From an uncultured Candidatus Saccharibacteria bacterium (GTDB lineage Bacteria; Patescibacteriota; Minisyncoccia; Phycocordibacterales; UBA12445), in contig CAZYTH010000008.1 in NCBI GenBank assembly GCA_964649715.1, forward strand, positions 1-55,633: DNA of 55,633 nt, in the 5' to 3' direction. Positions 45,666 through 55,633 of the stretch are shown in pieces; position 1 is the first letter of the stretch; each line of letters begins with the position of its first letter. A model generated the notes under the pieces. That model was not told the origin of the DNA and made no database searches. It saw only the letters and a list, made by a program, of their open reading frames with translations. The position numbers and the translations under genes are program-made.

Positions 45666-46547
45666 TTATCTCCCCATATCTCTTAAAAGTTTTACGCGAT
45701 CCTCTATCGGTGGATGTGTAGAAAAAAGTTTATGCATCCCCTTAATGGCACCGACTCCGAAAGGATTTGAAATAAAAAGATGGGCGGTTGCATCATTCGC
45801 GTAATTCATTCTGCCCGAGTATCTTCCGATCTTTTCAAGCGCACTGGCAAGTCCCTCGGGGTATCTTGTGAGGAGTGCGCCAGATGCATCAGCGAGAAAC
45901 TCTCTCTTCCTTGAAATCGCAAGGTGTATCAGACTCGCAATAAGTGGGGAAAGAATTGCAAAAAAAATTCCAAGTATAACAAAAACTCCATTTCTATTAT
46001 TCCTATTGTCACCACCAAAAACTCTACCTGTTCTTAAAAACCAATTAGATATAATAGAAACAAAACCGACAAGAACCACAACAATAGTAGATAACAAAAT
46101 ATCTCTATTACCAATATGTGACAGTTCGTGAGCTACCACACCCTCAAGCTCACTTTTATTAAGCATCCCCAAAAGACCAGTTGTAAAACAAACAACGGCA
46201 TGGTCTTTATCTCTGCCAGTTGCAAAAGCATTTGGAGCAGGATCGTTTATTACATAAACTTTCGGCATCGGAAGCCCTGCTGTTATTGAAAGATTTTCAA
46301 CAGAATTGTAGAGATCAAAAAATTCTTCTCTTTTTGCGGGCACAGCACCAGACAAAGAAAGGACTATTTTGTCTGAAAACCAATAACTAAATATATTAGA
46401 TAACGTAGCAAAAATTATACCGATATAGAGGATGAGATCATTTCCATAAGCTTCAGAAAATATCCAAGAAACAAAAATAATGAAGGATAAAAATATACCC
46501 ATCAAAAACCATGTCCTCCTAGTATTTCTATCTTGTTCTCTATACAT
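45666..46547 (-). CDS. htpX: Zinc metalloprotease HtpX (M48)
   Basis: PNAFATG, HELSH, SRKREFLADA, FSTHPP. Confidence 0.95.
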   Translation of the reverse strand: MYREQDRNTRRTWFLMGIFLSFIIFVSWIFSEAYGNDLILYIGIIFATLSNIFSYWFSDKIVLSLSGAVPAKREEFFDLYNSVENLSITAGLPMPKVYVINDPAPNAFATGRDKDHAVVCFTTGLLGMLNKSELEGVVAHELSHIGNRDILLSTIVVVLVGFVSIISNWFLRTGRVFGGDNRNNRNGVFVILGIFFAILSPLIASLIHLAISRKREFLADASGALLTRYPEGLASALEKIGRYSGRMNYANDATAHLFISNPFGVGAIKGMHKLFSTHPPIEDRVKLLRDMGR

Positions 46548-46661
46548 ATTTATTTTAAGCTTCTAATTACCTATTAAAATAATAAACCAGCATTAACGAA
46601 TTCTAACAGATTTTATCCATAAAATTAAGGGTATTTTAAAAAACAAAAGATACCGTGAGGC

Positions 46662-46670
46662 TGTGGATAA
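46662..46670 (-). promoter_or_regulatory. Perfect DnaA box upstream of htpX
   Basis: TGTGGATAA (= TTATCCACA), with a one-mismatch box at 46613-46621. Confidence 0.45.
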
Positions 46671-46968
46671 CTTTTCTTCCATTATTATTCTAAAGTAGTA
46701 TAATAATATCAGATAAAAGTTCATTGAAAAAGTCTAGGAAAATTAGGCGATTAGAATAGTGTTGCTTTGCAACCTGTCTAGTCTAAAGATGACAAGATAC
46801 GACCCATAAAATGTTATTGTAAATTACGGCGTTGTGCTAAACACGACACGACCCAAAGAATATAAATAAAATACCGCTTTCAAAAGCAAAGCACAACCAC
46901 ACTTATCCGTAAAAATATAAACAACACCAAAGCAACAAACCCAATCAATTCTTCGCCTACTCCTCGCA

Positions 46969-47050
46969 AAAATCCCTCTCACTCGAGAGGGATTTTCTCT
47001 TACCAAAAAAATTAAATTAAAAAATATCCCCTTGCAAGGGGATATTTTTT
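46969..47050. terminator. Two tandem perfect hairpins downstream of lemA
   Basis: AAAATCCCTCTC-ACTC-GAGAGGGATTTT and AAAAAATATCCCCT-TGCA-AGGGGATATTTTTT. Confidence 0.7.
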
Positions 47051-47051
47051 C

Positions 47052-47597
47052 TTAGAATTTTACATCAACTGGTTCTTTTTGTTTTTCTTCACTTAGTTCA
47101 AAAAATTCCATTTTTAAAAAACCAAACATCGAGGCAACAATATTTCCCGGAAACATTGAAATAGAGATATTTAACTCTCTCACATTTCCATTATAAAATC
47201 TCCTAGCTGACATTATTTTATTTTCGGTATCAGATAACTCTTCCTGAAGCTTCATAAAATTCTGATTGGATTTCAATTCAGGGTAAGCTTCAGCAACTGC
47301 AAAAAGAGTTTTTAATGTTCCAGAAAGATTCAACTCCGCCTCTCCCTTTGCTTCGGGTGTTGTGGCTCCCATAGAGACAGCTCTCGCCTTTGTTACATTC
47401 TCAAAAACCTCTTTCTCTTGTTTCGCATACCCCTGAACCGTGTTCACCAAATTCGGGATAAGATCATATCTTCTTTTGAGCTGAACATCGATATCAGACC
47501 AAGCCTCTCTTGCTCTGTTTACAAGCCTAACGAAACTGTTGTAGTAAAAAATAATGACTAATACGACAACAATGGCTATTCCCAAAAATATCTCCAT
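47052..47597 (-). CDS. lemA: LemA family protein
   Basis: YNSFV...WSDIDVQLKRRYDLIPNLV...EAYPELKSNQNF...ARRFYN. Confidence 0.96.
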   Translation of the reverse strand: MEIFLGIAIVVVLVIIFYYNSFVRLVNRAREAWSDIDVQLKRRYDLIPNLVNTVQGYAKQEKEVFENVTKARAVSMGATTPEAKGEAELNLSGTLKTLFAVAEAYPELKSNQNFMKLQEELSDTENKIMSARRFYNGNVRELNISISMFPGNIVASMFGFLKMEFFELSEEKQKEPVDVKF

Positions 47598-47674
47598 CTT
47601 AATTTAATATTAATTAATAATTTATCCTCTTAATTTTTTATAACAAAAAAGAGGTCCTTCGATACTATAATACC

Positions 47675-48820
47675 CTATCTCAGACAATCATTCCAACTCC
47701 TTGCATACATCTCTAAATATTCGTCTTTACTCAAAACAGGAACTTTTGTTTGTTTTGCTCCATCCTTAACTCTCTTTCTTAATTCATTGTCTCCAAGAAA
47801 CTCTATCATTGCGCTTGAAAGTTCTTTCTTACCCGCAACTGGAATTATAAAACCATTTTTGCCTTGAATTATCATCTCCCTTGCACAACCCACATCTGTC
47901 GTTAAAACAGGCATTCCTGCAGACAATGCTTCCACAATAGTTCTTCCATACCCCTCATAATTTGAGGTGTTTATAAAAAGATCACCTGTTTTATAATAAG
48001 AAACAAGATCGTCTGACCATTTTTCCAAAATAATATTTTCGGCAAGCCCATATGATCTTATCAGTGATTGAAGATAATTATACATTGGTCCCTCGCCAAC
48101 AATAATAAGACCTGTTTTCGGAAATCTTTTTACAACATTTTTCATAGCTGTTATCGCCATGGTAATATTTTTCTCAATGGTCATTCTTGACGCCATTAGA
48201 AAAAAAGTATCAAATTGCGGATAATTTTCTTTTATCCCGACCGTTATTTTATTTTCTTTTATAAAATCGATATCCACTCTAACGGGAAGTAAAAACGGTT
48301 CTATCTTTATGGCAACTTCTCTTTTGAGCGAATCTAATATTCTCTTTGAAACAACTCTTATTCCATTAGACTTGGGCAAAAGACGACGTGCCATAAAAAC
48401 CTTTACTCTGTTATAAAAAGATTCTCTCTTAAAATATGGACTAAATATATCTGTATGTATTTGTATATGTAGTGGCGCTCTTAACCATTTCGCCAAACTA
48501 TATGATATATAACCGAGAACAAAAGGATCCTGAGACGTGACCATATCTATTTTGTGATTTAGAACAAAAGACAACTTTTGTGTATTAACATGAAATAAAG
48601 ACAAGAGACCCAAAAAAGAACGTGGGTAAGCAAAAACATTATGGGATATCTCATAAGCATCATCAGAAATTCCGAATATCTTTCCGTTATAAATTGCAAT
48701 ATCTAATCTATTTACCAATCTCCCGTAATCCTTCATCCTTTGGTTGGGCTCGCTACCATCTTTTAAAATATTCATATCGCTACCAAGCATAAGGACATTT
48801 ACACCTTTTGAGATTTTCAT
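47675..48820 (-). CDS. Glycosyltransferase family 4 (GT-B)
   Basis: SNYEGYGRTIVEAL..G.PVLTTDVG. Confidence 0.9.
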   Translation of the reverse strand: MKISKGVNVLMLGSDMNILKDGSEPNQRMKDYGRLVNRLDIAIYNGKIFGISDDAYEISHNVFAYPRSFLGLLSLFHVNTQKLSFVLNHKIDMVTSQDPFVLGYISYSLAKWLRAPLHIQIHTDIFSPYFKRESFYNRVKVFMARRLLPKSNGIRVVSKRILDSLKREVAIKIEPFLLPVRVDIDFIKENKITVGIKENYPQFDTFFLMASRMTIEKNITMAITAMKNVVKRFPKTGLIIVGEGPMYNYLQSLIRSYGLAENIILEKWSDDLVSYYKTGDLFINTSNYEGYGRTIVEALSAGMPVLTTDVGCAREMIIQGKNGFIIPVAGKKELSSAMIEFLGDNELRKRVKDGAKQTKVPVLSKDEYLEMYARSWNDCLR

Positions 48821-48823
48821 TAT

Positions 48824-50428
48824 TTAAATGATTTTCTTAAACAATTTTATATGCATTCTAATTATATCATCCCATGTCATATTGTTCGAATCTTTTATCG
48901 CCCGAGAAAGTTCCCCAGGAAAGCTACCCCGCAATCTCATAACCGATTTAATTTTTTCTTTTAAATCTACCTCATTGGAAATATCAATCAAAAACTTATC
49001 TGGTAATTTAACAGAAAGTCCATTCTCCTTAGTTATGAGTATGGGACGACCAAAAGAAAGACATTCTAAAATAAAATTAGGATTAAATTCTGTAGAAGCG
49101 GGTCCGACACACATATATGAAGAATCTATTTCTCTCCGAAGAAGCTCTTGGGACATTTTTGATTTGAATAATACATTATTCTCCATGCCTAGTTCTTTCG
49201 TGATTATTTCAAGTCTTTTTTTCTCTGGGCCATCTCCGATAAGTATCAATTTTGCTGGTCTTATTTCCTCATATATTTCAGAAAAAACTTTTATAAGCTT
49301 ATCTAAGTTTTTATATTTTACAAATCTTCCAGCAAAAACAATATTACTATCAGTGGAATTTTTTATATCGGAATATTTTGGAATTTCTATCTTTATGGGA
49401 TTTTTTATTACCATGATTTTTTCTTCTGGTATTCCATAGTGAACCCTGTAGATATCAGCAAGCAATTGTGTGGGAACAATTATCTTTTCTGCACGAGAAA
49501 GCACAGAAACACCTATATGATATAAAATATATTTAAAATAAAAACCCTTATCATAAAAAACAACAGCGGACAAGTTTGTTCTCCCCTTTTCTGCTAAACG
49601 CTCCCAAAGAATATCTCCACCGATCCTTATAAAAAATCTTCTTTTAATAAACTTAGAAACCAGCATAGCGGGAATCCCTGTGGCTGAAATATCTTGAGCA
49701 TAAATAATTTCATATTTCAAAGAAGCAATCATGAGTCTTAAAAAATAGACGAGGTGCCGGACACCAAAAGGAATCCTTCTGGAAACTCTCTCTATGTCAT
49801 ATTCGTTATCAATCTCATTAAATTTCCCAACATCAGAATAAGTAACGACCCCCGTCTTTATCCCTTTTTCCGAAAATCCTCTTAAAAAATGTTCGGAATG
49901 TATTGAGGGGCCACCTATATCTGGCGGGAAAATTCCAGAGGCAAGCATAATGCTACCCCTTACCATGAGAGAATTTCTAAAGACAAATCGATTGTAAAGA
50001 ATAAAACTCAAACCAGCTAAAAATGCACCGGAAATTATTTGCGCCCATAAATACCATAGATAGAAAAACTCCACCAAAATAATAACAATAAAAAGGTTGA
50101 GACCAAGATTTAATATCGCTATCGATATATAAACCGCCAGCTGTCCGCCGACATGATCTAGCTTTCTATCTCCAAATGTCCAAAATTTCTGTAGAAAAAA
50201 ACTGGAGAAAAAAGCGAGGATAAAGGCCAAAGAAACAGATAAGACATATAAATCAAAAGAAAAGACATGCTCGTTTAAAATATAAAGGGCAGTCAAATCA
50301 ACAGAAGTGGCAAAAATACCAGACAGTATATATTTGATTATCAAGCGGTTCCTCTTAAGAATCAAATATATTTTTGGCGCCTTGGCCTCAAAATCATTTT
50401 TTATTTTTCTGTAATGTTGTGTGAACAT
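48824..50428 (-). CDS. GtrA-like membrane domain fused to a GT4 glycosyltransferase
   Basis: N-terminal KYILSGIFATSVDL...SFFLQKFWTF four-TM GtrA pattern, then FPPDIGGP and FAGRFVKYKN...IGDGP. Confidence 0.82.
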   Translation of the reverse strand: MFTQHYRKIKNDFEAKAPKIYLILKRNRLIIKYILSGIFATSVDLTALYILNEHVFSFDLYVLSVSLAFILAFFSSFFLQKFWTFGDRKLDHVGGQLAVYISIAILNLGLNLFIVIILVEFFYLWYLWAQIISGAFLAGLSFILYNRFVFRNSLMVRGSIMLASGIFPPDIGGPSIHSEHFLRGFSEKGIKTGVVTYSDVGKFNEIDNEYDIERVSRRIPFGVRHLVYFLRLMIASLKYEIIYAQDISATGIPAMLVSKFIKRRFFIRIGGDILWERLAEKGRTNLSAVVFYDKGFYFKYILYHIGVSVLSRAEKIIVPTQLLADIYRVHYGIPEEKIMVIKNPIKIEIPKYSDIKNSTDSNIVFAGRFVKYKNLDKLIKVFSEIYEEIRPAKLILIGDGPEKKRLEIITKELGMENNVLFKSKMSQELLRREIDSSYMCVGPASTEFNPNFILECLSFGRPILITKENGLSVKLPDKFLIDISNEVDLKEKIKSVMRLRGSFPGELSRAIKDSNNMTWDDIIRMHIKLFKKII

Positions 50429-51615
50429 ATTTCATTAAATAAAGAGTTCATCTCTGTCGCTATCTTTCTCCAGTCATATTTTTTCTTAACCATTTCTAAA
50501 GCATTTTTAACTATCTCTTTTCGAAGACTCGGTTCTTCATCTAATCTTTTTACCGACTCGGCAATGCTTTTTGGATTATTAACTTCACAAAATAGACCTG
50601 TCGGAGTAATACCATCTTTGTTGCCTGGCGGAAACAAAAAATCTGAGATACCTCCAACGTCTGTAGCGATAACTGGTATCTCCGCCGCCATTGCCTCAAT
50701 AAAAGAATTTCCCATTCCTTCAGAAAGAGATGGCCTCACAAAAACGCTACACGCCTTTAAGTATTTTGGAATATCTTTTTGATTTTTATATCCCAAAAAG
50801 TTAACCCTATCCTCAAGGAGATTGTCGCGCGCAACCTTTTTTAAATACTCCTCCTGAGGGCCATCTCCTATGATTACAAATTCATAGTTATTGGGCAAAT
50901 AGAGAAGCGACTTTATTACATCATCGATAGCATTTTTAACAACAAGCCGAGAGGTTGTAATTATAAATTTTTTTTCTGTAGATGAATTTAATATATTTAT
51001 TTCCTTATCCGAATGTTTTTTTGAAAAATTCTCGATATCTACACCATTTGGTATTACCACTACCTTTCCTGTAAAACCCATATCTTTCGCAAAATCGGCC
51101 AAATAATTTGAAATTGCCTGAATTGTGTCAGCTTTAGCAAATATATTTTTAAATATTGGATAAACCAAACTCACCCTTTTCTTAATATAAGGTATTGGAT
51201 CACCCTCCTGAAGAGTCAAAAGATATTTAGCTTTAGGATAAAAATATTTAAAAAAAAGAGCCCCAAATCCAGCATAATTAGCCATCATCGCCCAAATAAA
51301 ACAATATTTCCTTTCTTTGTTTAATTTAACTGCCTTAAAAAAAGAGAGGAACGGAAATAAATACTTATTTAAAAAAAGTGGAAATTTAAAAAAATCAGAT
51401 ACTTTTGCACCTTTTTTTGAAAATCCAACCCTGTAAACATTAATGTTGCCTATTTTCTCAAATTTAGGCAATTCACTTTTTGATCTCAAGGTTATCATGT
51501 CAAACTCAACATCGTTTCCAGACACTCTATCCGTTATCTCTTTTATTGCCACCTCAGCACCACCGACCAAATCGGGATAGTATGCTAATGAAAAAATTAA
51601 TATCCTTTTGGGCAT
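50401..51615 (-). CDS. Glycosyltransferase family 4 (GT-B)
   Basis: YYPDLVGGAE, SRLVVKN, SEGMGNSFIEAMA..PVIATDVGGI. Confidence 0.92.
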   Translation of the reverse strand: MPKRILIFSLAYYPDLVGGAEVAIKEITDRVSGNDVEFDMITLRSKSELPKFEKIGNINVYRVGFSKKGAKVSDFFKFPLFLNKYLFPFLSFFKAVKLNKERKYCFIWAMMANYAGFGALFFKYFYPKAKYLLTLQEGDPIPYIKKRVSLVYPIFKNIFAKADTIQAISNYLADFAKDMGFTGKVVVIPNGVDIENFSKKHSDKEINILNSSTEKKFIITTSRLVVKNAIDDVIKSLLYLPNNYEFVIIGDGPQEEYLKKVARDNLLEDRVNFLGYKNQKDIPKYLKACSVFVRPSLSEGMGNSFIEAMAAEIPVIATDVGGISDFLFPPGNKDGITPTGLFCEVNNPKSIAESVKRLDEEPSLRKEIVKNALEMVKKKYDWRKIATEMNSLFNEICSHNITEK

Positions 51616-51684
51616 TTGTTATTTAAGAATCTTGCAATATTCCAAAAACATTTTTTATTTCAAAAGAGAAACAAGAACTTAGGT

Positions 51685-53565
51685 TTATTCATCAGTTTTC
51701 AAAATATTTCTTAAAATATCTTCTGGGACTTCTTTCGGAACGTGCGTTTCTTTTTTATCGTTCTTGATTATTTGCTGTTCGGGATCGTTAATTTCATATT
51801 TCGTACTTGGTGTTATGTTTTTTACTTGTAACGCGGGTTTTTCTTCTTTTTTCTTATCTGTTTTGCCCAAGACAAAACCTCCGCTATTGGAATTTAGCGC
51901 AGTTGAAATAATGCTTTTTAGTTCACCGATATTTTTACCCGTGGATTTATTGTCCTGAACCTTTTCTTTTTTTAGTGATTCAAGAGAGAACTTTTTTGGA
52001 GCCTCTTCCTTTACAACTACTTGATTTGGTATTTTGTTACTCTCTTTTTCTAATTCAGCCGCCTTTATGGTTTTTTTAATTTCTTCTCCAAGATTCAAGC
52101 CTTTAGGTGTGCTTATATTTCTCCCATCCTGCGTATTTTTAAAAGGGGCATAAAGAGATTTTTTTTCATAGAAAGGTTTTTTGTTGGGGTATCCAATTTC
52201 TGTATCTTTTTCTTTTGAAACAAATTTGGAACTACCCTTCACGAAACCGTTGGTCTCTATTCTCTCTTGTGTTACAGGTTCCGCTTCGTGCCATTTACTT
52301 ATTTCCGCCTCAACAACGTCTCGTTTCTTTGCATAAACCCTTCTTGATTCCTCAATTATTTCATCTGTGAATTTTTCCACAGGTAATGGTATTGGTGGCA
52401 TTGTTTTCGCTGAAAAGGGCTGAGAACCAACTCCATCTATCATTAAAGTGAGATATATCTGCGCAAAACCAAGATTTACAATATCTTCAGCAGTAAACTT
52501 TGGGGCAAATATTTTTTCTAAAACCTCAGCATCGAAAGGGCCGACACGAAAGGCAATAGTTGTTCCAACATTTCCAAAAACTGCATTTCTAACTGTTTCT
52601 GGCATTTGCTCTATATATTGATGCGCAATAGTAAGGTTTAATTTATACTTTCTGGCTTCTGAAAGGATATCGGCAAAAGAATCATTCACAAAAGACTGAA
52701 ACTCATCAACATATGTATAAAAATTTGGTAACTTTTTTAATTCCGTGTCAGAGACTCTGGCGCGAGACATTGCCGCTAGATATATCTTAGTGATAAGCAT
52801 TCCTCCTATCAAATTCGTATTTATCTCCCCCATTCTACCCTTAGAAAGATTAGCGATAAATATTTTCTTGTTATCCATCAAATCTCTTAAGTCAAAAGAG
52901 GACTTAGTTTGACCGATAATATTTCTTATTAGTGGGTTGGAAGAAAATTGACCGAATTTGTTTTGTATTGAAGCGCCAGCTTCAACCATTATTTTATCGC
53001 TATATTTTGCGAATTCGTTGACCCAGAAAGACTTAACGGAAGGATCAGTTATATTAGCGACGACCTTCTTTCTGTAATCTTTATCAGAAAGCATTCTGTT
53101 TATCCCAAGAAGAGTCGATCCAGGATACTCAAGAAGGGCCAAGATAATGTTCATTGAGATGTACTCCATTCTCGCAGACCAAACATCTGGCCATATTTTT
53201 TTAAAAGATGCCATCAGCCCATTCGCCACTAAGTGCCTTTGATCCTTGCCAACATCCTCCATGACATTAAAAGACACCGGGTAATCTACATCGTGAGGTG
53301 CAAAATATATAACATCTTTTATTCTTTCTTTTGGCACATAGTCCAAAAGAAGCTCCGCCGATTTACCGTGCGGGTCTATGAAAGACAAACCATTTCCATT
53401 CTTTATGTCTTGGACAGCAAGATTTTCTAAAAGAGTTGACTTACCCATTCCTGTCTTGCCGATAATATACATGTGTCTTGTTCTGTCGGATGTTTTTATC
53501 CCAAAAGGAGTCCTCTTGTTTCTAAAATCTGTCTCAGCAAAATAAGTAATATCTTTATTATCCAT
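51685..53565 (-). CDS. VirD4/TraG/HerA-like P-loop ATPase (coupling-protein-like)
   Basis: GKTGMGKST, IDPHG, YVDEFQ, EARKY...AHQY; charged low-complexity C-terminal tail. Confidence 0.85.
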   Translation of the reverse strand: MDNKDITYFAETDFRNKRTPFGIKTSDRTRHMYIIGKTGMGKSTLLENLAVQDIKNGNGLSFIDPHGKSAELLLDYVPKERIKDVIYFAPHDVDYPVSFNVMEDVGKDQRHLVANGLMASFKKIWPDVWSARMEYISMNIILALLEYPGSTLLGINRMLSDKDYRKKVVANITDPSVKSFWVNEFAKYSDKIMVEAGASIQNKFGQFSSNPLIRNIIGQTKSSFDLRDLMDNKKIFIANLSKGRMGEINTNLIGGMLITKIYLAAMSRARVSDTELKKLPNFYTYVDEFQSFVNDSFADILSEARKYKLNLTIAHQYIEQMPETVRNAVFGNVGTTIAFRVGPFDAEVLEKIFAPKFTAEDIVNLGFAQIYLTLMIDGVGSQPFSAKTMPPIPLPVEKFTDEIIEESRRVYAKKRDVVEAEISKWHEAEPVTQERIETNGFVKGSSKFVSKEKDTEIGYPNKKPFYEKKSLYAPFKNTQDGRNISTPKGLNLGEEIKKTIKAAELEKESNKIPNQVVVKEEAPKKFSLESLKKEKVQDNKSTGKNIGELKSIISTALNSNSGGFVLGKTDKKKEEKPALQVKNITPSTKYEINDPEQQIIKNDKKETHVPKEVPEDILRNILKTDE

Positions 53566-53654
53566 ATTGCGTAATTATATTACAATTACGAGGAAAAAAG
53601 AAGATACAAAATCTTAAATCAGACGGCCAGCACAAAGCTTATACTGAAAAATAT

Positions 53655-54083
53655 TTATGCTTGACTCATCTTGTTTCTAAAATAATCACCAAATTTTTCT
53701 TCTATTCCTGCAAAGCCCATCATCCAATAAGAAAACATATTGGCACCTATTTCTTCCATTTCTACGGTTTCCAAAGAATCTTTCAACCCAAATATATTTT
53801 TATATTCCTCTCTATCCGTATTCCTCAAAAAATAATGACCATATTCATGAAAAACAATATGCTCTATTGTGCCTCCCGATAACTTAGATGAAATAATTAT
53901 TTTACCGTTGCTCTCATTTCCAAAATCTAAATAACATCCTCCTATCTCTTCTTTTGAATCAACACGACAAACATCTAAAAGATTGTCTGCAACTAAAAAG
54001 TCAGGCATTTTAGCAAAAACAGGAGAAACACAACTGAACAATATTCCCAAAAATAATGATATATTTATTATTATCTTTTTCAT
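53655..54083 (-). CDS. Secreted zincin-like metallopeptidase candidate
   Basis: Signal peptide, HEYGH motif, downstream E..AN..; start set at MKKII. Confidence 0.6.
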   Translation of the reverse strand: MKKIIINISLFLGILFSCVSPVFAKMPDFLVADNLLDVCRVDSKEEIGGCYLDFGNESNGKIIISSKLSGGTIEHIVFHEYGHYFLRNTDREEYKNIFGLKDSLETVEMEEIGANMFSYWMMGFAGIEEKFGDYFRNKMSQA

Positions 54084-54473
54084 CTGATTCAAATAAGGCG
54101 TTAACGATTCAAATACAAATTTTATCTGTATTAAAATCATTAAAACTTGACAAATACCTTATATATTATTTAATAGATATTAAAGAAATATACACATTCT
54201 GAGGATTTTGTCAAGCCCAAGTTGGGCATAAGTCCAAGAAATAATTGCAATGCACGAAAAAAAAGAGAATATGCCTGATAAAAAAAGTTAACAAATAAAC
54301 AAAAAACCGCTTGATATTTAAAACCAAACGGAGTTTTGTTTGAGGCGAAACAATCACCATAATGACGTTCCCCCACCGTAACCTTTTTCTTAACTAATTT
54401 TCAGATAGAAAAATGAACGTCTTTCCATCTGAACAACAAAATCACTTACTCAACAACACTAAACTAAATAATT

Positions 54474-55633
54474 TTACTGTTGCGAAAGAGCAAATTTGGC
54501 TAGTAGATCATTTAAAATTGACTGAAGTTTAACTATCAAACCCTCAAGTTGTTCTGTTGTCATTTTATCTATATCAAGAAGAAGGTCTTCTGTCTCAAAA
54601 ATCTTTTTGCTACTATTTAATTTTTCAATTGTCAGAGGGCCGATATTTCCTGTTTGGATAATTCCATTATTTGCCTGATATTTTTTTACTCCCACCAGTG
54701 TTAAATTTCCAAAAAATCCAGTAATCGGTCCAGAATAAACACCTTCTTCGGTCAATCTTTTTTGCAAATTAATAACATTTTCCCCCTTGTCTCCAAAGAA
54801 AATATTTTTTGTAAATATATATCTAGTCTGAACACTTGCGGGGGTTACAAAATTTTCAGTACTTTGCATTCCTGCTGGTTTACTTTCGGTGCCAGAATAA
54901 ACTCTAGTAAAGCCAACCGCATCAGGACCCGAACCAACGATTCCACCTCCACCACCGTTAGAATCTTGAGAATCTTCTTCATATCCAAAAAACACAGTAA
55001 GGTGTTTTGTCCAAATTACCAAGTCTCTTCCTATGGTTATCTTACACGCGTTATTCTCTAGGAGAGCATCTCCTGCGGTTTGTGTATCACTAGAACAACG
55101 AGCCGTTATCTCATTGAAATCAGTACCCTCAACTGTTTGTGAGTATCCCGCTCTCTTTCCTCCTTCGCCCGGTATCAATAATCTTGCTGCTTTGCTTAAA
55201 GATAATGGTGTTTCATTTGATCCTATCTTTACAACGTTTGAAAAAGTTCTAGGTCCTTTTCTATAATTACCAGACACAAATTCAGGGAGTTTAAACACTC
55301 CATCCCATGCCGTACTGTCTCCTGTTATCTCGACTCCCGATGGCATCGTTAACGCCACTGTCCCAAGGGGTGTAACACCCGTTGCTTCTACAGAAAACGC
55401 AAGTATTGCCTTTTTTTCTGTTCCCGCCACAGAAGATAAATCATTAATATCTATCTTCGGATCTGTCACATCCACGGGGGATTCTATGGTTATAGTTGAC
55501 TCTCCTGATGTATTTGCCCCGGTCAAAACGGCAGTTGAGTCTGACGGAGTCAAAACATAAGATCTAACTACCTGACTTTCAGCTATCACCAACGCACTTG
55601 TTGGTGTTCCTGCATTATGTGTATCTGTTTCAG
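54474..55633 (-). CDS. Large surface protein with a C-terminal peptidoglycan-binding (PG_binding_1) domain; 5' part probably outside the window
   Basis: GDKGENVINLQKRL...TGFFG.LT..GVKKYQ..NGI..TG.IGPLT. The frame appears open to the window end; the ORF track starts it at 55592. Confidence 0.8.
   Translation of the reverse strand, partial: ETDTHNAGTPTSALVIAESQVVRSYVLTPSDSTAVLTGANTSGESTITIESPVDVTDPKIDINDLSSVAGTEKKAILAFSVEATGVTPLGTVALTMPSGVEITGDSTAWDGVFKLPEFVSGNYRKGPRTFSNVVKIGSNETPLSLSKAARLLIPGEGGKRAGYSQTVEGTDFNEITARCSSDTQTAGDALLENNACKITIGRDLVIWTKHLTVFFGYEEDSQDSNGGGGGIVGSGPDAVGFTRVYSGTESKPAGMQSTENFVTPASVQTRYIFTKNIFFGDKGENVINLQKRLTEEGVYSGPITGFFGNLTLVGVKKYQANNGIIQTGNIGPLTIEKLNSSKKIFETEDLLLDIDKMTTEQLEGLIVKLQSILNDLLAKFALSQQ

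Noticed and set aside
46824-47006. 60-aa ORF and a possible 22-aa TM peptide in another frame
   Set aside because: The ORF starts within a hairpin and has no motif; the peptide has only an RBS-like GAGGAG and a TTG start as support.
54170-54376. 68-aa ORF in the intergenic gap
   Set aside because: No RBS or motif and low-complexity AT-rich composition.
3041-55266. Remaining short antisense/overlapping ORFs in the track (e.g. 3114-3419, 5066-5575, 48828-49439)
   Set aside because: They are shadows of confidently identified genes on the opposite strand or another frame.
1-55633. CRISPR array, cas genes, rRNA or IS transposase
   Set aside because: No regularly spaced repeat-spacer series or recognisable motifs; the repeats found are few and irregular.
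1-55633. Alternative genetic code (TGA as Gly, as in some CPR lineages)
   Set aside because: Long conserved genes translate intact with the standard code, and TGA ends some genes at the expected place.

Overview
AT-rich bacterial chromosome segment read with the standard bacterial code. Gene content and style suggest Patescibacteria/CPR (Parcubacteria-like); this is inference, not a database result. The backbone carries tsaC, tsaD, valS, prsW, hsp20, ftsB-like, lepA, murJ, class II RNR nrdJ, NAD kinase, ysxC, htpX/lemA, three GT4 glycosyltransferase genes and a VirD4/HerA-like ATPase. RNA genes: five intact tRNAs (Val-GAC, Phe-GAA, Arg-CCT, Gly-CCC, Ser-GGA), RNase P RNA and a candidate 6S-like RNA. 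The main accessory feature is a ~12.7 kb island directly downstream of tRNA-Ser (about 31739-44396). It encodes a large serine recombinase, an HpaII-family R-M system with Vsr and RadC, several candidate defence genes (GIY-YIG, DUF3800-like, PD-(D/E)xK-like, DUF5677-like) and a ParB-methylase plus small-terminase-like module, with no capsid, large terminase or replicase seen. A 16-bp direct repeat, one copy inside the recombinase 5' end, brackets the 5.3 kb R-M block. The window also shows a recurring pattern of degenerate or inverted tRNA fragments (near 2-236, 665-731, 11822-11873, 44433-44764) interrupted by short GC-rich palindromes. No CRISPR array or rRNA was found. All family calls come from motif recognition by eye.
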